This document shows, one piece after another, positions 41,301 through 54,001 of a stretch of DNA of 64,000 bases. The stretch spans positions 1,439,061 through 1,503,060 of the forward strand of contig MU058423.1 of assembly GCA_013265495.1 (NCBI GenBank), given 5' to 3'. This DNA is from Vicugna vicugna (taxonomy: Eukaryota). The notes below the pieces were generated by a model. It was not told the origin of the DNA and searched no databases. It saw nothing but the letters and a program-made list of their open reading frames with translations. The position numbers and the translations under genes are program-made. How positions within the stretch are numbered: position 1 is the stretch's first letter; every line of letters starts with the position of its first letter.

Positions 41301-44300
41301 AGAATGAGTTTGGGAGTATTCCCTCCTTTTCAATCTTCTGGAAGAGTTTGAGAAGGACTGGTAAGAGTTCTTCTTTGTACGTTTGGTAGAATTCCCCAGT
41401 CAAGCCGTCCGGTCCTGGATTTTTATTTGTAGGGAGGTTTTTTATTGCTATTTCGATTTCATTTCTAGTGATCAGTTTGTTCAAGTGGTCAGTTTCTTCT
41501 TGGTTCACTCTTGGTGGACTGTATGTTTGCAGAAACTTGTCCGTCTCCTCTAGGTTATCCATTTTGATTCCGTATAGTTTTTCATAATATTCTTGTATGA
41601 TATTCTGTATTTCTGTTATTTGTTGTAATTTCTCCATTTTCCTTTCTTATTTTGCTTATTTGTGCTCTCTCTTTTTTCTTCTTTGTGAGTTTGGCCAGAG
41701 GTTTGTCGATTTTATTTACTTTTTCAAAAAACCAGCTTTTGGTTTGATTGATTTTTTCTGTGCTTCTTTTAATCTCTATTTTATTTGTTTCCTCCCTAAT
41801 GTTTATGATTTCCTTCCTTCTCCTGCCTTTTGGGGTTTTTTGCTCTTCTTTTTCTAATTCTTTTAGCTGATGGGTTAGATTGTTTATTTGAGATTGTTCT
41901 TCTTTTTTGAGAAAGGCCTGTATCACTATAAACTTCCCTCTTACCACTGCCTTTTTATGTCCCATAAATTTTGTGTGGTTGTGTTTTCATTTTCATTTGT
42001 CTCAAGGTATTTTTTAATTTCAACTTTGATTTCCTCATTGACATTTTTTTAATAGCATATTGTTTAATCTCTATGCTTTCCTTTTTTTCTCCTTTGTTTC
42101 CCTGTAGTAGATTTCTAGTTTCATGGCATTGTGGTCAGTAAAGATGTTTGAGATAATTTCTATCTTCTTAAAATTGTTGAGACTTGTTTTGTGCCCAAGT
42201 ACATGGTCAGTCCTAGAAAATGTCCCATATGCTCTTGAAAAGAATGTATACCCTATTTTTGAGGGGTGTAATGCTATGAAAATATCCACTAAATCTAATT
42301 TTTCTGTTGTATCATTTAATTTCTCTTTTGCCTTATTTATTTTCTGTCTGGAAGATCTGTCTAGTGATGTTAATGTGGTGTTAAAATCTCCAGCAATGAT
42401 TGTATTCCTATCAATATCCTCCTTTATCTCTGTTATTGTTTTATGTACTTAGGTTCTCCTATATTGGGTATATATGTTAACAAGTGTAATATCCTCATCT
42501 TGTATTACTCCTTTAATCATTATAAAATGTCCTTCTTTATCTTTCTTTATGGCCTTTGTTTTAAAGTCTATTTTGTCTGGAATCAGTACTGCTACACCTG
42601 CTTTTTTGGCTTTTCCATTTGCATGGAATATCCTTTTCCATCCTTTCACTCACAATCTATATGTGTCCTTCTCCCTAAAGTGGGTCTCTTGTAAGCAGCA
42701 TATTGAAGGTTCTTGATTTATTATCCAGTCTGCCACTCTATGTCTTTTGAGTGGAGCATTTAGTCCATTAACAGTTACAGCAATTAATGATAGATGTATG
42801 TTTATTGCCATTTTGAACTAATTTTTGCAGTTGATTTGGTATTTCCTCTTTGTTCCTTTCTTCTTCCTTTTGTGGTTTGGCAATTTTTGTTTGTATTATC
42901 TTGGATTTTATTTAGTTTTTGTGACTCACTTGTAAGTTTTTGGCTTGTGGTTACCCTTTTTTGTACGTCTATTAACCCATTACTATAACTGTTTGTATAA
43001 AACAGATAGTATTATCTCAAACCCATCCTACCAAGAACAAAACATTTTAAAAAGACAGAACAAAAAATACTCTATATTTTATTGCTTCCCTCTCCCACTC
43101 TTAATGATTTAGATGTCTTCTTTTACAATTTTGTGTTTATTCTATTTGGAATTCATGGTAGTTATACCTTTACAGTTATGAGTTTCTCATTTCTGTAACA
43201 TCCTGCTTCTTTTCTATTTAGAGTAGATCTGTCAATATTTCTTTTAGCATGGGTTTAGTGTTGCTAAATTCTTTTAGTTTTTGCCTGTCTGTGAAATTCT
43301 TTATATCTCCTTCTAGTCTAAAGGATAGCCTTGCTGGATAGAGTATCATAGGCTGCATCTTTTTTTCATTCAGGACTTTGAATATATCTTGCCACTTCCT
43401 TCTGGCCTGTAGTGTTTGTGTAGAGAAATCAGCTGAGAGCCTTATGGGGGTTTCCTTGTAGCTCACTCTTTGTTTTTCTCTTGCTGCCTTTAGGATCATT
43501 TCTTTATCCGTGACTCTGGCCATCTTGATTATGATATGTCTTGGTGTGGGTGTGTTTGGATTCTTCCTGTTTGGGACCCTCTGAGCCTCCTGTACTTGGA
43601 TATCTGATTCCTTCTTTAGGTTTGGGAAGTTTTCTGTCATAATTTCTTCCAATACCTTTTCAATCCCCTTTGTTCTTTCTTCCCCTTCTGGAACCCCTAT
43701 TATGCATATTGTCATGCTTTATATTATTCCATAGGTCCCTTATGTTGTTTTCATTGGTTTTTGTTTGTTTTTCTCTTAGCTGTTCTGATTGGATGCTTTC
43801 TGTTATCCTGTCTTCTAGGTCACTTTTTCATTCCTCTGCATTATATAGTCTGCTTTGTACAGCCTTTAGATTATCTCTCATCTCAGCAAATGAGTTTACC
43901 AATTCTACTTGGTTCTTCTTTATAGCTTTAATTTCATTTTTGACATATTTTATATCTCTAAACGCTATTTATTTTAGTTCCTTCAGTACTTTGATCACTC
44001 CTTTTTTGAAATCTTGATCTAGTAGGCCATCAATGTCTATTTCATTGACCATTTTTTCAGGGTATTTCTCTTGCTCTTTTAATTGGGATTGGTTCCTCTG
44101 TATCTTCATCTTGCTCATGTCTCTCTGGCACTGTGGCTTATGGAGTATCAGTTATCTATTGTGGTCCTTAAGTAGTTTATTTATTTATCTATTAATGCCT
44201 ATGCAGGAATAAAATTTAAAAAAGAGAGAAAGAGAATTTTAAAAGAAGGGAGAAAAAAAGTTTGAAAACCATGTATAATCAATAGAAGAGCAATTTGAAT

Positions 44301-46063
44301 CAGACTAGTAATCAAGTTGAGACGTCTTTTTAAAAACCTTAAAAAAGGGAAAAAGAGCAAAAAACAATATTTGAAACCTGTGTATAATCAATAACAGGAG
44401 ATCAAAACCAAGAGAAATGAAAATCAAATCAGGTGGATTTTTTAAAATAATAATAACAAAAATATTTTAAAAGAAAAATTAAAAAGGGACTAAAACTAGA
44501 AGCATATACAATTGTTTAGAAAGTAAAACTTAAAAAGGCAATAGAAAATACAACAGATAAAAAGAGAATAAATAAAAAGAGAATTTTAAAGAAGGGAGAA
44601 AAAAAGGTTTGAAAACAGTTTATAATCAATAATAGAAGAGCAAGTGAAGCAGAATATCAGCCAGGTTAAGACGTTTTTTAAAAACCTTTAAAAAATGAGA
44701 AAAAAGCAAAAAAATATTGAAACCTGTATATAATCAATAACAGGAGATTAAAACCAAGAGAAATAAAAATGAAATGAGGTGGATTGTTTAAAAATAATAA
44801 TAATAAAACTATTTTTAAAGAAAAATTTTAAAGGGATTAAAACTGGAAGCATATATAATTGTTCTAAAAGTAAAACTTATAAAGGTAATAGAAAATAGAA
44901 CAGATTAAAAAAAGGTTAAAAGGCGGGGGGAGTGTTCTCGTGGAGACTGTATGCTCTTAATGAGAAGTCTTCCTGTCTTAGCCCTGTTTCGTGAACTCAG
45001 CTTGCTGCTTCCAGAGGCCTTCTGTGGCGCCCTTGTCGCTGCTGTTCCCAGTGCCTGTCGGCAAGCAGATCGCGCCCCCTCCCAACACTGGGTCAGGTGC
45101 TGCCATTCCTGCCAGGAAGGCGGGTGGCTGCCCGCCCTCTCTCAGCGCTGGTCGCTCCCCTGCTTTGTGCAGCTGCCCACTCTGCCTTGAGTCCGAGCTC
45201 TGTCAGCAGCTTGGGGAAGACTGTGGAACAGCCCCACCTCTGCTCCGTGCCCAAACTCAGCTCCTTGTTTGTCTTGGCATCACAAGTTCTCTGAGGTACC
45301 AGGACAGAAAGATCCTGTCTGCCTCGGGCTGTAAACAAGTCTCCATCTGGCCTTTGAGGCTGCTAAGCTGTTAGGTATGGATTCAGGTTTTGACCCTGCC
45401 CCTGCCTGGGTGCTAAGTGCCAGAGGATATGGCGGCTGTGCCTCAACCCTTCCTCCTTGCGGGTTTCAGAGATGGGGGTATGGCACACTTCCCCCCAGGG
45501 CACATCAGCCTTGTTGTTTTATGGACGGCCCAGGTTGTTCTGCCCTGTTTACCACTCCTCCATGGCACACAGCACCCTGCAGACCCCCAGGGCTGCCTCA
45601 GTGCAGCTGCCCCAGTCCTCCGCCTGGCTCAGGCAGCCTCTCTGGCCCCCCAGCTGCCGGCTCGCATTTCAGGCTGGCTGTTGCAGGGACCCTTTGTGCC
45701 CATTTAACTTAGTTCTGTCAGTCAAGGGGTGTGTTGTACAGATCTGAGCCTCAGAGGCTCCCCCTCTGTCCTGCTGGCCTTTCCGTTGGAGAGGGGGAGA
45801 CCCAGCACACGAGCACTATTCCTCCTTTGCTTCTACCTCCCTGCAGGACCAGTCCAGCACTGTTTTGCCTTTTCTTCTTTCTTTTTCCCTTTTCTCCTAC
45901 CAGATTCTTGGTGTCTTTGTCTTTTGAAGAAGGCAATGTTCTGTCAGAGTTCAGCAGGTGCTCTGGTTGGCTGAGTGGGTCCATGGTTGTGAGTTTTGGT
46001 GTAGTTGTGGGGGAGGATGAGCTACGAGCATCCTTCTACTCCGCCATCTTGGCCTCCTCCAAT
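38328..46063 (-). mobile_element. Full-length young LINE-1 (copy B, L1-1_Vpa-like): 5'UTR 46063-44119, ORF1 44118-43218, ORF2 from 42811; inactive
   Basis: 5' end ggaggaggccaagatggcggagtagaagg; ORF1 peptide 43218-43715; ORF2 peptides 42449-42649, 40873-41637, 38653-39006; TSD ctgcaatgt(g/c)ca(a/c)caattta 38308-38327 / 46064-46083; stops, frameshifts and a 400-bp insert. Confidence 0.96.
44231..44912. repeat. Two tandem ~347-bp A-rich units in the L1 5'UTR
   Basis: agagaatttt(a)aaagaagggagaaaaaaa at 44231 and 44578; gaaacctgt..ataatcaataacaggagat and aaactrgaagcatata recur in both units. Confidence 0.9.
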
Positions 46064-46070
46064 CTGCAAT

Positions 46071-47850
46071 GTCCACCAATTTAAATGTGAATTTGTTCAA
46101 AACCATCTTCACAGAAACATGCAAAATAATGTTTCACTACATATCTGTGCATTATGGTCCAGCCAACTTGACACATAAAATTAATCATTACAAGTTTACT
46201 CCTTGTCAACTTCTCACCTGTATGCATCTCCTTATGCCATACTTAATATCCAAATAAAGATGATAACAAGATTCCACTTTTGCTTGAAGTGATGCAGCTA
46301 TTCTGCATATAACTGAAAATGCAATGACCTCTTCCCCAGAAGAGGATACAAAGTCCTTGAGTGGTATTTACTCTTATTCTTCTTTTTTTTTTTTGTTTCT
46401 AACCATCTTTCCTTTTTATTTTTTTTATTTTTTTTATTTTTTTTGTTTCTAACCATCTTTCCTTTTTATTTTTTTTATTTTATTTTTTACATTTTTTATT
46501 GATTCATAATCATTTTACAGTGTTGTGTCAAATTCCAGTGTTCAGCACAATTTTTCAGTCATTCATGGACATATACACACTCATTGTCACATTTTTTTTT
46601 TTGTGATTTATCATAACATTTTGTGTATATTTCCCTGTGCTATACAGTGTAATCTTGTTTATCTATTCTACAATTTTGAAATCCCAGTCTATCCCTTCCC
46701 ACCCTCTACCCCCTCCCCCTGGTAACCACAAGTCTGTATTCTCTGTCCATGAGTCTATTTCTGTCCTGTATTTATGCTTTGTTTTTGTTTTTTAGATTCC
46801 ACATATGAGCGATCTCATATGGTATTTTTCTTTCTCTTTCTGGCTTACTTCACTTAGAATGACATTCTCTAGGATCATCCATGTTGCTGCAAATGGCATT
46901 ATGTTGTCGGTTTTTATGGCTGAGTAGTATTCCATTGTATAAATATACCACATCTTCTTTATCCAGTCACCTGTTGATGGACATTTAGGCTGTTTCCATG
47001 TTTTGGCTATTGTAAATAGTGCTGCTATGAACATTGGGGTGCAGGTGTCATCCTGAAGTAGATTTCCTTCTGGGTACAAGCCCAGGAGTGGGATTCCTGG
47101 GTCATATGGTAAGTCTATTCCTAGTCTTTTGAGGAATCTCCACACTGTTTTCCATAGTGGCTGCACCAAACTGCATTCCCACCAGCAGTGTAGGAGGGTT
47201 CCCCTTTCTCCACAGCCTCTCCAGCATTTGTCATTTGTGGATTTTTGAATGACGGCCATTCTGACTGGTGTGAGGTGATACCTCATTGTAGTTTTGATTT
47301 GCATTTCTCTGATAATTAGTGATATTGAACATTTTTTCATGTGCTTTTTGATCATTTGTATGTCTTCCTTGGAGAATTGCTTGTTTAGGTCTTCTGCCCA
47401 TTTTTGGATTGGGTTGTTTACTCTTATTCTTGATATCCCATAACTTAAATGCTATGATGTAAAGTTAAAAATACCTAAATAGTATGATATAAAGTCAGTA
47501 CATTTTATATTATATTAAAAAGGATAAGACAGAGAAGAAAACATATATTTGATATATATAAATATATTTATTGATATATATACTTAGAATATCTAATTGA
47601 TGCATATTTGAGGCTTATCTATCTGAATAAGGCACTCTGTCCATCCACTGGTGGTAGTTTCCACAGATATATGTATCTGGAGGGATAATCTAAATCTTCA
47701 TTCCTAAGAAGTCTGGTCCATTAGTATTCCTGTCTTGATTTGTTCTAATTTTCTTTACTCACGGCATAGTTTGACTTTACTCACAGGGCATAGTTACTAA
47801 GACACAGTAAGGGATAAATTGTATTCCAGCATGCTCTTTTATTTCTTTTA
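46071..47850 (-). mobile_element. Rest of MLT2 LTR (46071-46192) plus adjoining ERVL internal 3' region, split by a young L1
   Basis: aacttgacacataaaattaatcattaca LTR end followed by agtttactccttgtcaactt (PPT side of ERVL-int). Confidence 0.8.
46382..47416 (-). mobile_element. Youngest L1 copy (E), 5'-truncated
   Basis: Perfect 15-bp TSD tttactcttattctt 46367-46381 / 47417-47431; uninterrupted 187-aa ORF2 C-terminal frame including HCWWEC. Confidence 0.95.
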
Positions 47851-47864
47851 CTAGATTAATTTTT

Positions 47865-49525
47865 TTTCCATGGGGCTTACTTTTGGGAGTCCCAGGGGAC
47901 TGGGTGAAACAGAGACTCCACTCTTAAAGGATGCACACAAAACCTCACATCATCTGGAACCCAGGGAATAAGAAGAAATATGAAAGGAGCCAGGGTCAGA
48001 TGTAACTGCTAATGTTGGGAAAGTCTCCTGGAGAAGCAGGAGGCAACCAAAGCTCACCCTGGGGACATAGACACTGGTGGCAGCCATTTTTTGTCTCACA
48101 TGGACACTGCTGCAGGAAAGCCCCATTTTGGATTCCTTCCACTGGCTCATAAGCCTCAGAACCCAGGCCTACTCCCAATCTACAGCCTGTAGGTACCAGT
48201 ACTGGGACACCTCAGGCCAAGCAACTTACTGTGGTGGGGCAGGACACAGCCCTAACCACCAGCAGAAAGGCTGTTTTAAGACCCCCTGAGTCCACAGCCA
48301 CCCCTAGATACATCCCTGTTCACCAGAAGGCCCAGGACCTGGCCCTACACACCGGTGTGCAGACATTAGACCTGAGACTCCCCAAGGCACTGCAGCCAGA
48401 GACCCAAGGACCCAACTTCACCAAAAAGTGGGCAGGTACCAGCCCTAGAATCCCTGGACACACCCAACAGTGAGCCTGCTTTAGACTTGAGATCAGCCTC
48501 ATCCACCAGTAAGCAGACAACAGCCTCAGAACAACAACAACCCATAGCCTGTGGACCCAGCCCACTTACCAGCAGGCCAGAAGCCCTAGGACCATCTGGG
48601 CCCTGATCCCACCCTCCAGAAGGCCAACACAAGCTTCAGAACATCTCAGATCTAAAGCTAGCTGTGTCAGGAACAGACCTCAACCACAAGTAGTCCATCA
48701 CCAGCTCTGGGACCCCTGGTCCCTGCAGCCAGACTCCAGGACCTGGCTTCATCTACCAAAAGGCAGGCATCGGTGCTGGAGTCTCTTGGACTCTGACTCT
48801 GCCCACCAGTGAGCTAGGACTAGCCCAGGGGCCCAGTGGGGTTCCATAGCCAGCCACCTTGTGACCTAGCCCAACCAACCAGTGGCTAGTAGCCTCTACA
48901 AAAGGCAGAGCCTGGCAACCAATTAAGCCTACCAGACTATCCATAGTAGTCAGTCTGCAAACAGAAGAAAACATGCAGCCCACATAGAGAGCACCCCTAG
49001 AGTATATAGCACTGATGATGAGAGAGGAGTGGGCAGCTGAGATGCATATGACTCTCCTACAAAAGGCCACTTCTCTGAGGTTGGGAAATGTAACCAACCT
49101 ACCAGATTCATAGAAATAAAAACAGCAAGTTAGGCAAAATGAGAGGAACACATTACAAATGAAGGAAGAACATAAGAAGAAAAACTAAGTGATGTGAAGA
49201 TAGGCAGTTTACCCAGGAAAGAGTTCAGGGTAACCCAGAATCAAGCACACAGGAGAAAGAATATGAAATGTTGAATAGGGCATAGGAGGTACATGAGAAG
49301 TTGATTAAAATAAAGGTCTAACATACGTGTAATCGCAGTACAGGAAGATATGTGGGGTGGGGGGAGAGAGAAAAAAGGAGAGAAAAAAAGAGAGAGAGAT
49401 AGTGGGAGAAGTAATCTTTAAAGAAATACTAGTGGGGAATTTTCCAAAATTAAGGTTATCAAAATATAGATTCAAGAAGCCCTATAAATCCTAGATAAGA
49501 TAAATACATAGAAAACCATAACTAA
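47865..49525 (+). mobile_element. L1 5'UTR + ORF1 start, then an older ORF1 fragment
   Basis: Shares gactccactcttaaagg and aaggccacttctc motifs with the 5'UTRs at 24.4 kb and 30.4 kb; ggggaattttccaaaatt ORF1 motif. Confidence 0.75.
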
Positions 49526-49549
49526 GGTAAGGGACTAAGCTTTAAAGCT

Positions 49550-50900
49550 CACTTATCATTTTTTTGCAACATCCAATCTTTTATTAATCCAAACTAGTAT
49601 GTTTTTGTATTTCAATACTAGCTTTTCTCTCTGAAAAAAATGTACTTGGATCTTTTTGATATTATCCATGTCCTAACTTTTTGAACATATGGTATACACT
49701 TATAAAATCTGTATTAATATCTTTTGCTAATTCTAACACCTAGGTTAGTTTTGCTTGATTATTTTCATTATAGATCATATTTTATTGCCTCTTTTTATGC
49801 CTGATAATCTTGGATTAGATTGTAACATGCCACTATTATCTTTCAAGGTGCCAGATATTTTTATATTGCTAAACATTTTCTTGATTTTTGCTCTGGGAGA
49901 CAGTTAGTTTACTTGGAAACAGTTGGATACTTCCAGGTCTTGTTTTTATGGTTCATTAGGTTGCTCTGGAGTGTACTCTATATAGCACTCATGATATATG
50001 AGTTTTTCCAGTCCAGATGTGAGAACAGGCACTGTTTCCAACCCTGTGTTAGTGTTAGGTACTGTTTCCCTCTATCTCTTTTGGATGGTTCTTTCTCCAG
50101 CTCCAGATTAGTTTCTTATACTTACATGTTTATTATTACTCTGCTGAATACTCAAGAGGGATTGTTAGCAGATCTCTGGGGTTCTCCTTCTATGCAATCA
50201 TTTCCTCTGACAGTCTCTTATTAACTATAATTACTTTATATCCTGGACTATTAGTTCCATCTTCACATTCAGCTGGTCTGACAAGCTCTTCCTCAGTTTC
50301 CCCCCACCTAAGTCATAATGTGGAAATTCTCTCAAAGCAGTAATCTGAGGCAATTGTAAGATTTATCTCATTTGTTTCCCATAGTTTAGGAACTGTTGTC
50401 TGGTATGGACTGGATGTTTGGGTCCTCCAAAATTCATATATTGAGACTCCATCCACCCTGCTATCTGATGGATTTGGAGGTGGGGCCTTTGGAAGGTAAT
50501 CAGGATTACAAAACAGTATGAGGGTGGAATCCTCATTAGTGAGATTAATGCCTTTATAAGAGTTAAGAGAATTTTTTCCTCTCCATGCTCTCTTTCACTT
50601 GAGGATACAATGAGAATTTGCTGGTCTGAAACCTAGAAGAGGGCCCTCAGCAGAATCTGACCATGCTGGCATACTGATCTTGGACTTTCAGCCTCAAGAA
50701 CTGTGAGAGTTTAACTTCTGTTTTTTATAAGCCACCTATTTTATAGTATTTTGTTATAGTAGCCTGAGCTAAGACACTGTTCATTATCTAATTGTCTTGA
50801 AAAGTATTGTTTCATGTATTCCTGTCTTGTGTTTGTTATTGTCATTGCTCTAAGTAGGAGGCTAACCTGGTCCCTGTTACCCTATCTTGTCCAGAAGTGG
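49550..50900 (-). mobile_element. Very old L1 5'/ORF1-type fragment split by a MaLR LTR
   Basis: Decayed T-rich L1-like sequence continuing on both sides of the LTR. Confidence 0.5.
50401..50776 (+). mobile_element. MaLR solo LTR (MLT1A-like)
   Basis: tggtatggactg..caaaattcatatattga..ggtggggcctttgg..tgatcttggactttcagcctc..tattttgttatagtagcctgagctaagaca. Confidence 0.85.
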
Positions 50901-50929
50901 CTTTACAAAGGCTTTTGGTGATCGTTGTA

Positions 50930-51180
50930 GCTAGTTCTGCTATAACATGACAAATACATTCCTAAAAATCACCACACTATTTAAAATTACACAACTAAAA
51001 CCCATTTGGCTCATGGGAAGGTTATGAGCACAATCCCAAAAAATTCTGACACACTAAACAAAAAGATAGGGACCAAAGAAAAATGGAAGTACAGTTTTTC
51101 ACATGCTAAATGATTAATAAATACATAAATACTATAATGAACATGGCACTTTACCTTGTAAAATACCTGAAATTTACTTA
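50930..51180. mobile_element. Tigger-type DNA transposon fragment (Tigger13a-like)
   Basis: tagttctgctataac..cattcctaaaaatcacc resembles a recalled Tigger terminus. Confidence 0.5.
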
Positions 51181-52160
51181 CATTAAGTTTGTGCCTATTC
51201 TCCTGCCAGCCTGCCCACCTCCTACTCCCCTCATGCTGTATGTGTGAGGAAGAGAACAAAGGAGTTTTTTTAAGTGGAAGCATTTGGAGACATAAAAGAA
51301 AGACTGTTTCCTCTGAGAAATAGTCTTCTGAATGGACAGACATTAATTATCCCAAGGCAATGTGGGAGTGAGACAACAGAAATAAAACTGCCTTTCTCCA
51401 ATCTATTCTTTCATTGTTTTCTGTAACTGTCCTCCATCCCAGATTGCAGCTACTCTCTTTCCTACATACGCATTTTAAGACAGCCTTCAGCTCCCTCAGG
51501 AGTTCTCAAAATTTATCTTAGTCCTTAGAATATATGTTTCCCTTTAACAATTTAGAGAAAGGAATCAGCAGCTCATGGTAGTTCATTGTAGCAGAATTCA
51601 CCAAATGTTACAATTGTTGTTTATAATTCTCACAAAGAAAAAAAATCTTTGCTGTACTTACAGTTGTTTCCCCTTTTCATTCTGTATTTTGCTTTCTTGT
51701 ATTTTACTGCGTTGTTTTTGTTGTTATATGCTTAACTCATTCTTGTTTGCTAATGTTACTTTCTAAAATGCTTCTAAATTGAATGCTTAAGTTATTTGCT
51801 TAAACTTTCTTATTTTATGACAAATGTATCTAAATTACTCAATTTCCACTATGATTTCAGCTTTAATCCAAGGGTAATTTAGTAATAGGTCATTCAGTTT
51901 CTAACTATGTCTTAAAGCTATTCTTAATTGTCTGAATAGCTAATTTTAATCAATTTATGGTTGGAAAACATAGTATGTATAGTACATCCTTTGGAGCTAA
52001 TAGAGATTCCTTTGCAGCCTAATACATTATTTTAATACATGTTATATTTGTGCCCCAAAATAAGGTGAACAATCTGATGAGTGTAGAGTTATTTACGTAT
52101 CTGATGGCTTGAACTGGTTCATTGTATTGTTTGGAAATTTGTTATCTATGCCTATCTTTT

Positions 52161-53534
52161 TTTTAAAATTGCTTACTCAGCTTTATTAACAACTCACTAG
52201 GCAGACCATAAAACCTCAGATTTTTCACCTTAATATATGTCCCTGCTCCTGTTAGGTATTTAGATAAATAGGGGCACTGGGCAGATAGATGGAGGAGAGG
52301 GAGGATGGTCTGGAAGATGGTGTTAGGCCCCTCTCCAACATAAAAGAGCTTTACTTTCTCTAAATGAGTGCCAGCAAGACACTGATTAGAACCCAACAGC
52401 CGCAACTGTGTGGTAGTGAGAAGGACCGCTGACATGACCCAGTGCTCACTGTAATATAATTAACATTGAGGTTTAGGTACCCCCATGGGTTATTCTGTGT
52501 GCATCCCACAATGCTCATTGTAATATAATTACATAGTCACTACATCTTCTTTATCCATTCATCTGTTGATGGACATTTAGGTTGCTTCTATATCTTTACT
52601 GTCACAAATAATGCTGAAGTGAACATAGACAATCATACATCTTTTCAAATTTGTGTTTTTGTTTTCTTCAGATAAATACCCAGAAATGGAATTGCTGGAT
52701 TGTATGGTAATTCTGTTTTTAATATTTTGAGGACTCTCCATACTGTTTTCCATAGTGGCTGCACCAATTTAAATTTCCACCAACAATGTACAAGGGTGCC
52801 CTTTTCCACGCATACTTGACATCAACATTTGTTACCTTTTTGATTATAGCCATTCTGATAGGTATGAAGTGATATCTCATTGTGGTTTTGATTTGCATTT
52901 CTCTGATGATTAATTATGTTGAGCATCTTTTCATGTGCCTGTTGGCCATCTGTATGTCTTCCTTGGAAAAACATCTATTCAGGTCCTCTACCCATTTTTT
53001 GATTGGGTCATTTGTTTTTTGATGATTAGTTGTATGAGTTATTTGTATATTGGGAATATATTGTTTGTGATTATCTTCTTTCAGTAAGTGGCCTTTCTGT
53101 TTCATTGATAGTTTCCTTTGCTGTGCAAAAGGTTGTTAGTTTGATGCAGTCCCATTTGTTTATTTCTGCTTTTGGTTCTCTTGCCTGAGGCGACACATCC
53201 AAAAAGAATTGCTAAGACCAATGTCAGAGAATGTGCTGCCTATGTTTTCTTCTAGAAAGTTTATGGTCCTGGTTTAAGTCTTTAATCCATTTTGAATTTA
53301 TTTTTGCATGTGGTGTGAGAAAGTAGTCCAATTCGATCCTTTTGCATGTAGCTGTCCATTTTTCCCAACACCATTTATTAAAGAGGCTGTCTTTCCTCAC
53401 TGTATATTCTTGACCCCTTTGTCTTAGATAAATTGCCTATGTAAGTGTAGTTTTATTTCTGGGCTCTCAATTCTGTTCCATTGATCTATGTGTCTGTTTT
53501 TGTGCCAATAGCATACTGTTTGGATAGCTGTAGC
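52161..53534 (-). mobile_element. Chimeric retrocopy: L1 ORF2 3' region (53534-52540) + LTR-like segment (52539-52165) + poly(A)
   Basis: 23-bp perfect TSD tttgttatctatgcctatctttt 52138-52160 / 53535-53557; minus AATAAA at 52182-52187. Confidence 0.85.
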
Positions 53535-53749
53535 TTTGTTATCTATGCCTATCTTTTGTCTGCTTCAATTATTAATTTCTCAGAGATGTATGTGTATAAA
53601 ATCATCCCCTGCATTTGTTGACTTATTAATCTACTCATTTCTGTTAGTTCCTGCTTAGAATTGTCACTATATATTCTAGCTAAATAGATTCATATTTAAA
53701 ATTCTCTAATTTCTTTTTGGTCTTTCACCCCTTTATCTATGTTCTTACT

Positions 53750-53890
53750 TTATTCTCTGTGCATGAGTTTCTTCATCTGAATGTAATCATTTTTACTAGT
53801 TGTTAAGAGTAAATAAGTTAATATTTGTAAAGCACGTAGAATATTACTTGGCACACAGTATTGTGTAAGTATTTGGTTAGTATAGCAATC
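53750..53890 (+). mobile_element. MIR fragment
   Basis: agtttcttcatctg...atttgtaaagcacgtagaat...tggcacacagta MIR core and tail. Confidence 0.7.
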
Positions 53891-54001
53891 GCTGGAGGTG
53901 GTAATTGAAGCCATAGGCATGGCTGAAATCACTTGAGGAGCCAGGAAATAAGAGTTTGAGAAAATAAGAGGCTCAATGATCAAGATTTAAAGGACTCTTT
54001 C

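Noticed and set aside
40873..41637. 254-aa RT-like ORF suggesting an active L1
   Set aside because: Fragment of copy B ORF2, which has multiple stops, frameshifts and a 400-bp insertion.
44951..46084. Cluster of overlapping ORFs (ORF0-like antisense ORF?)
   Set aside because: Expected in a GC-rich L1 5'UTR; no recognisable protein similarity or splice support.
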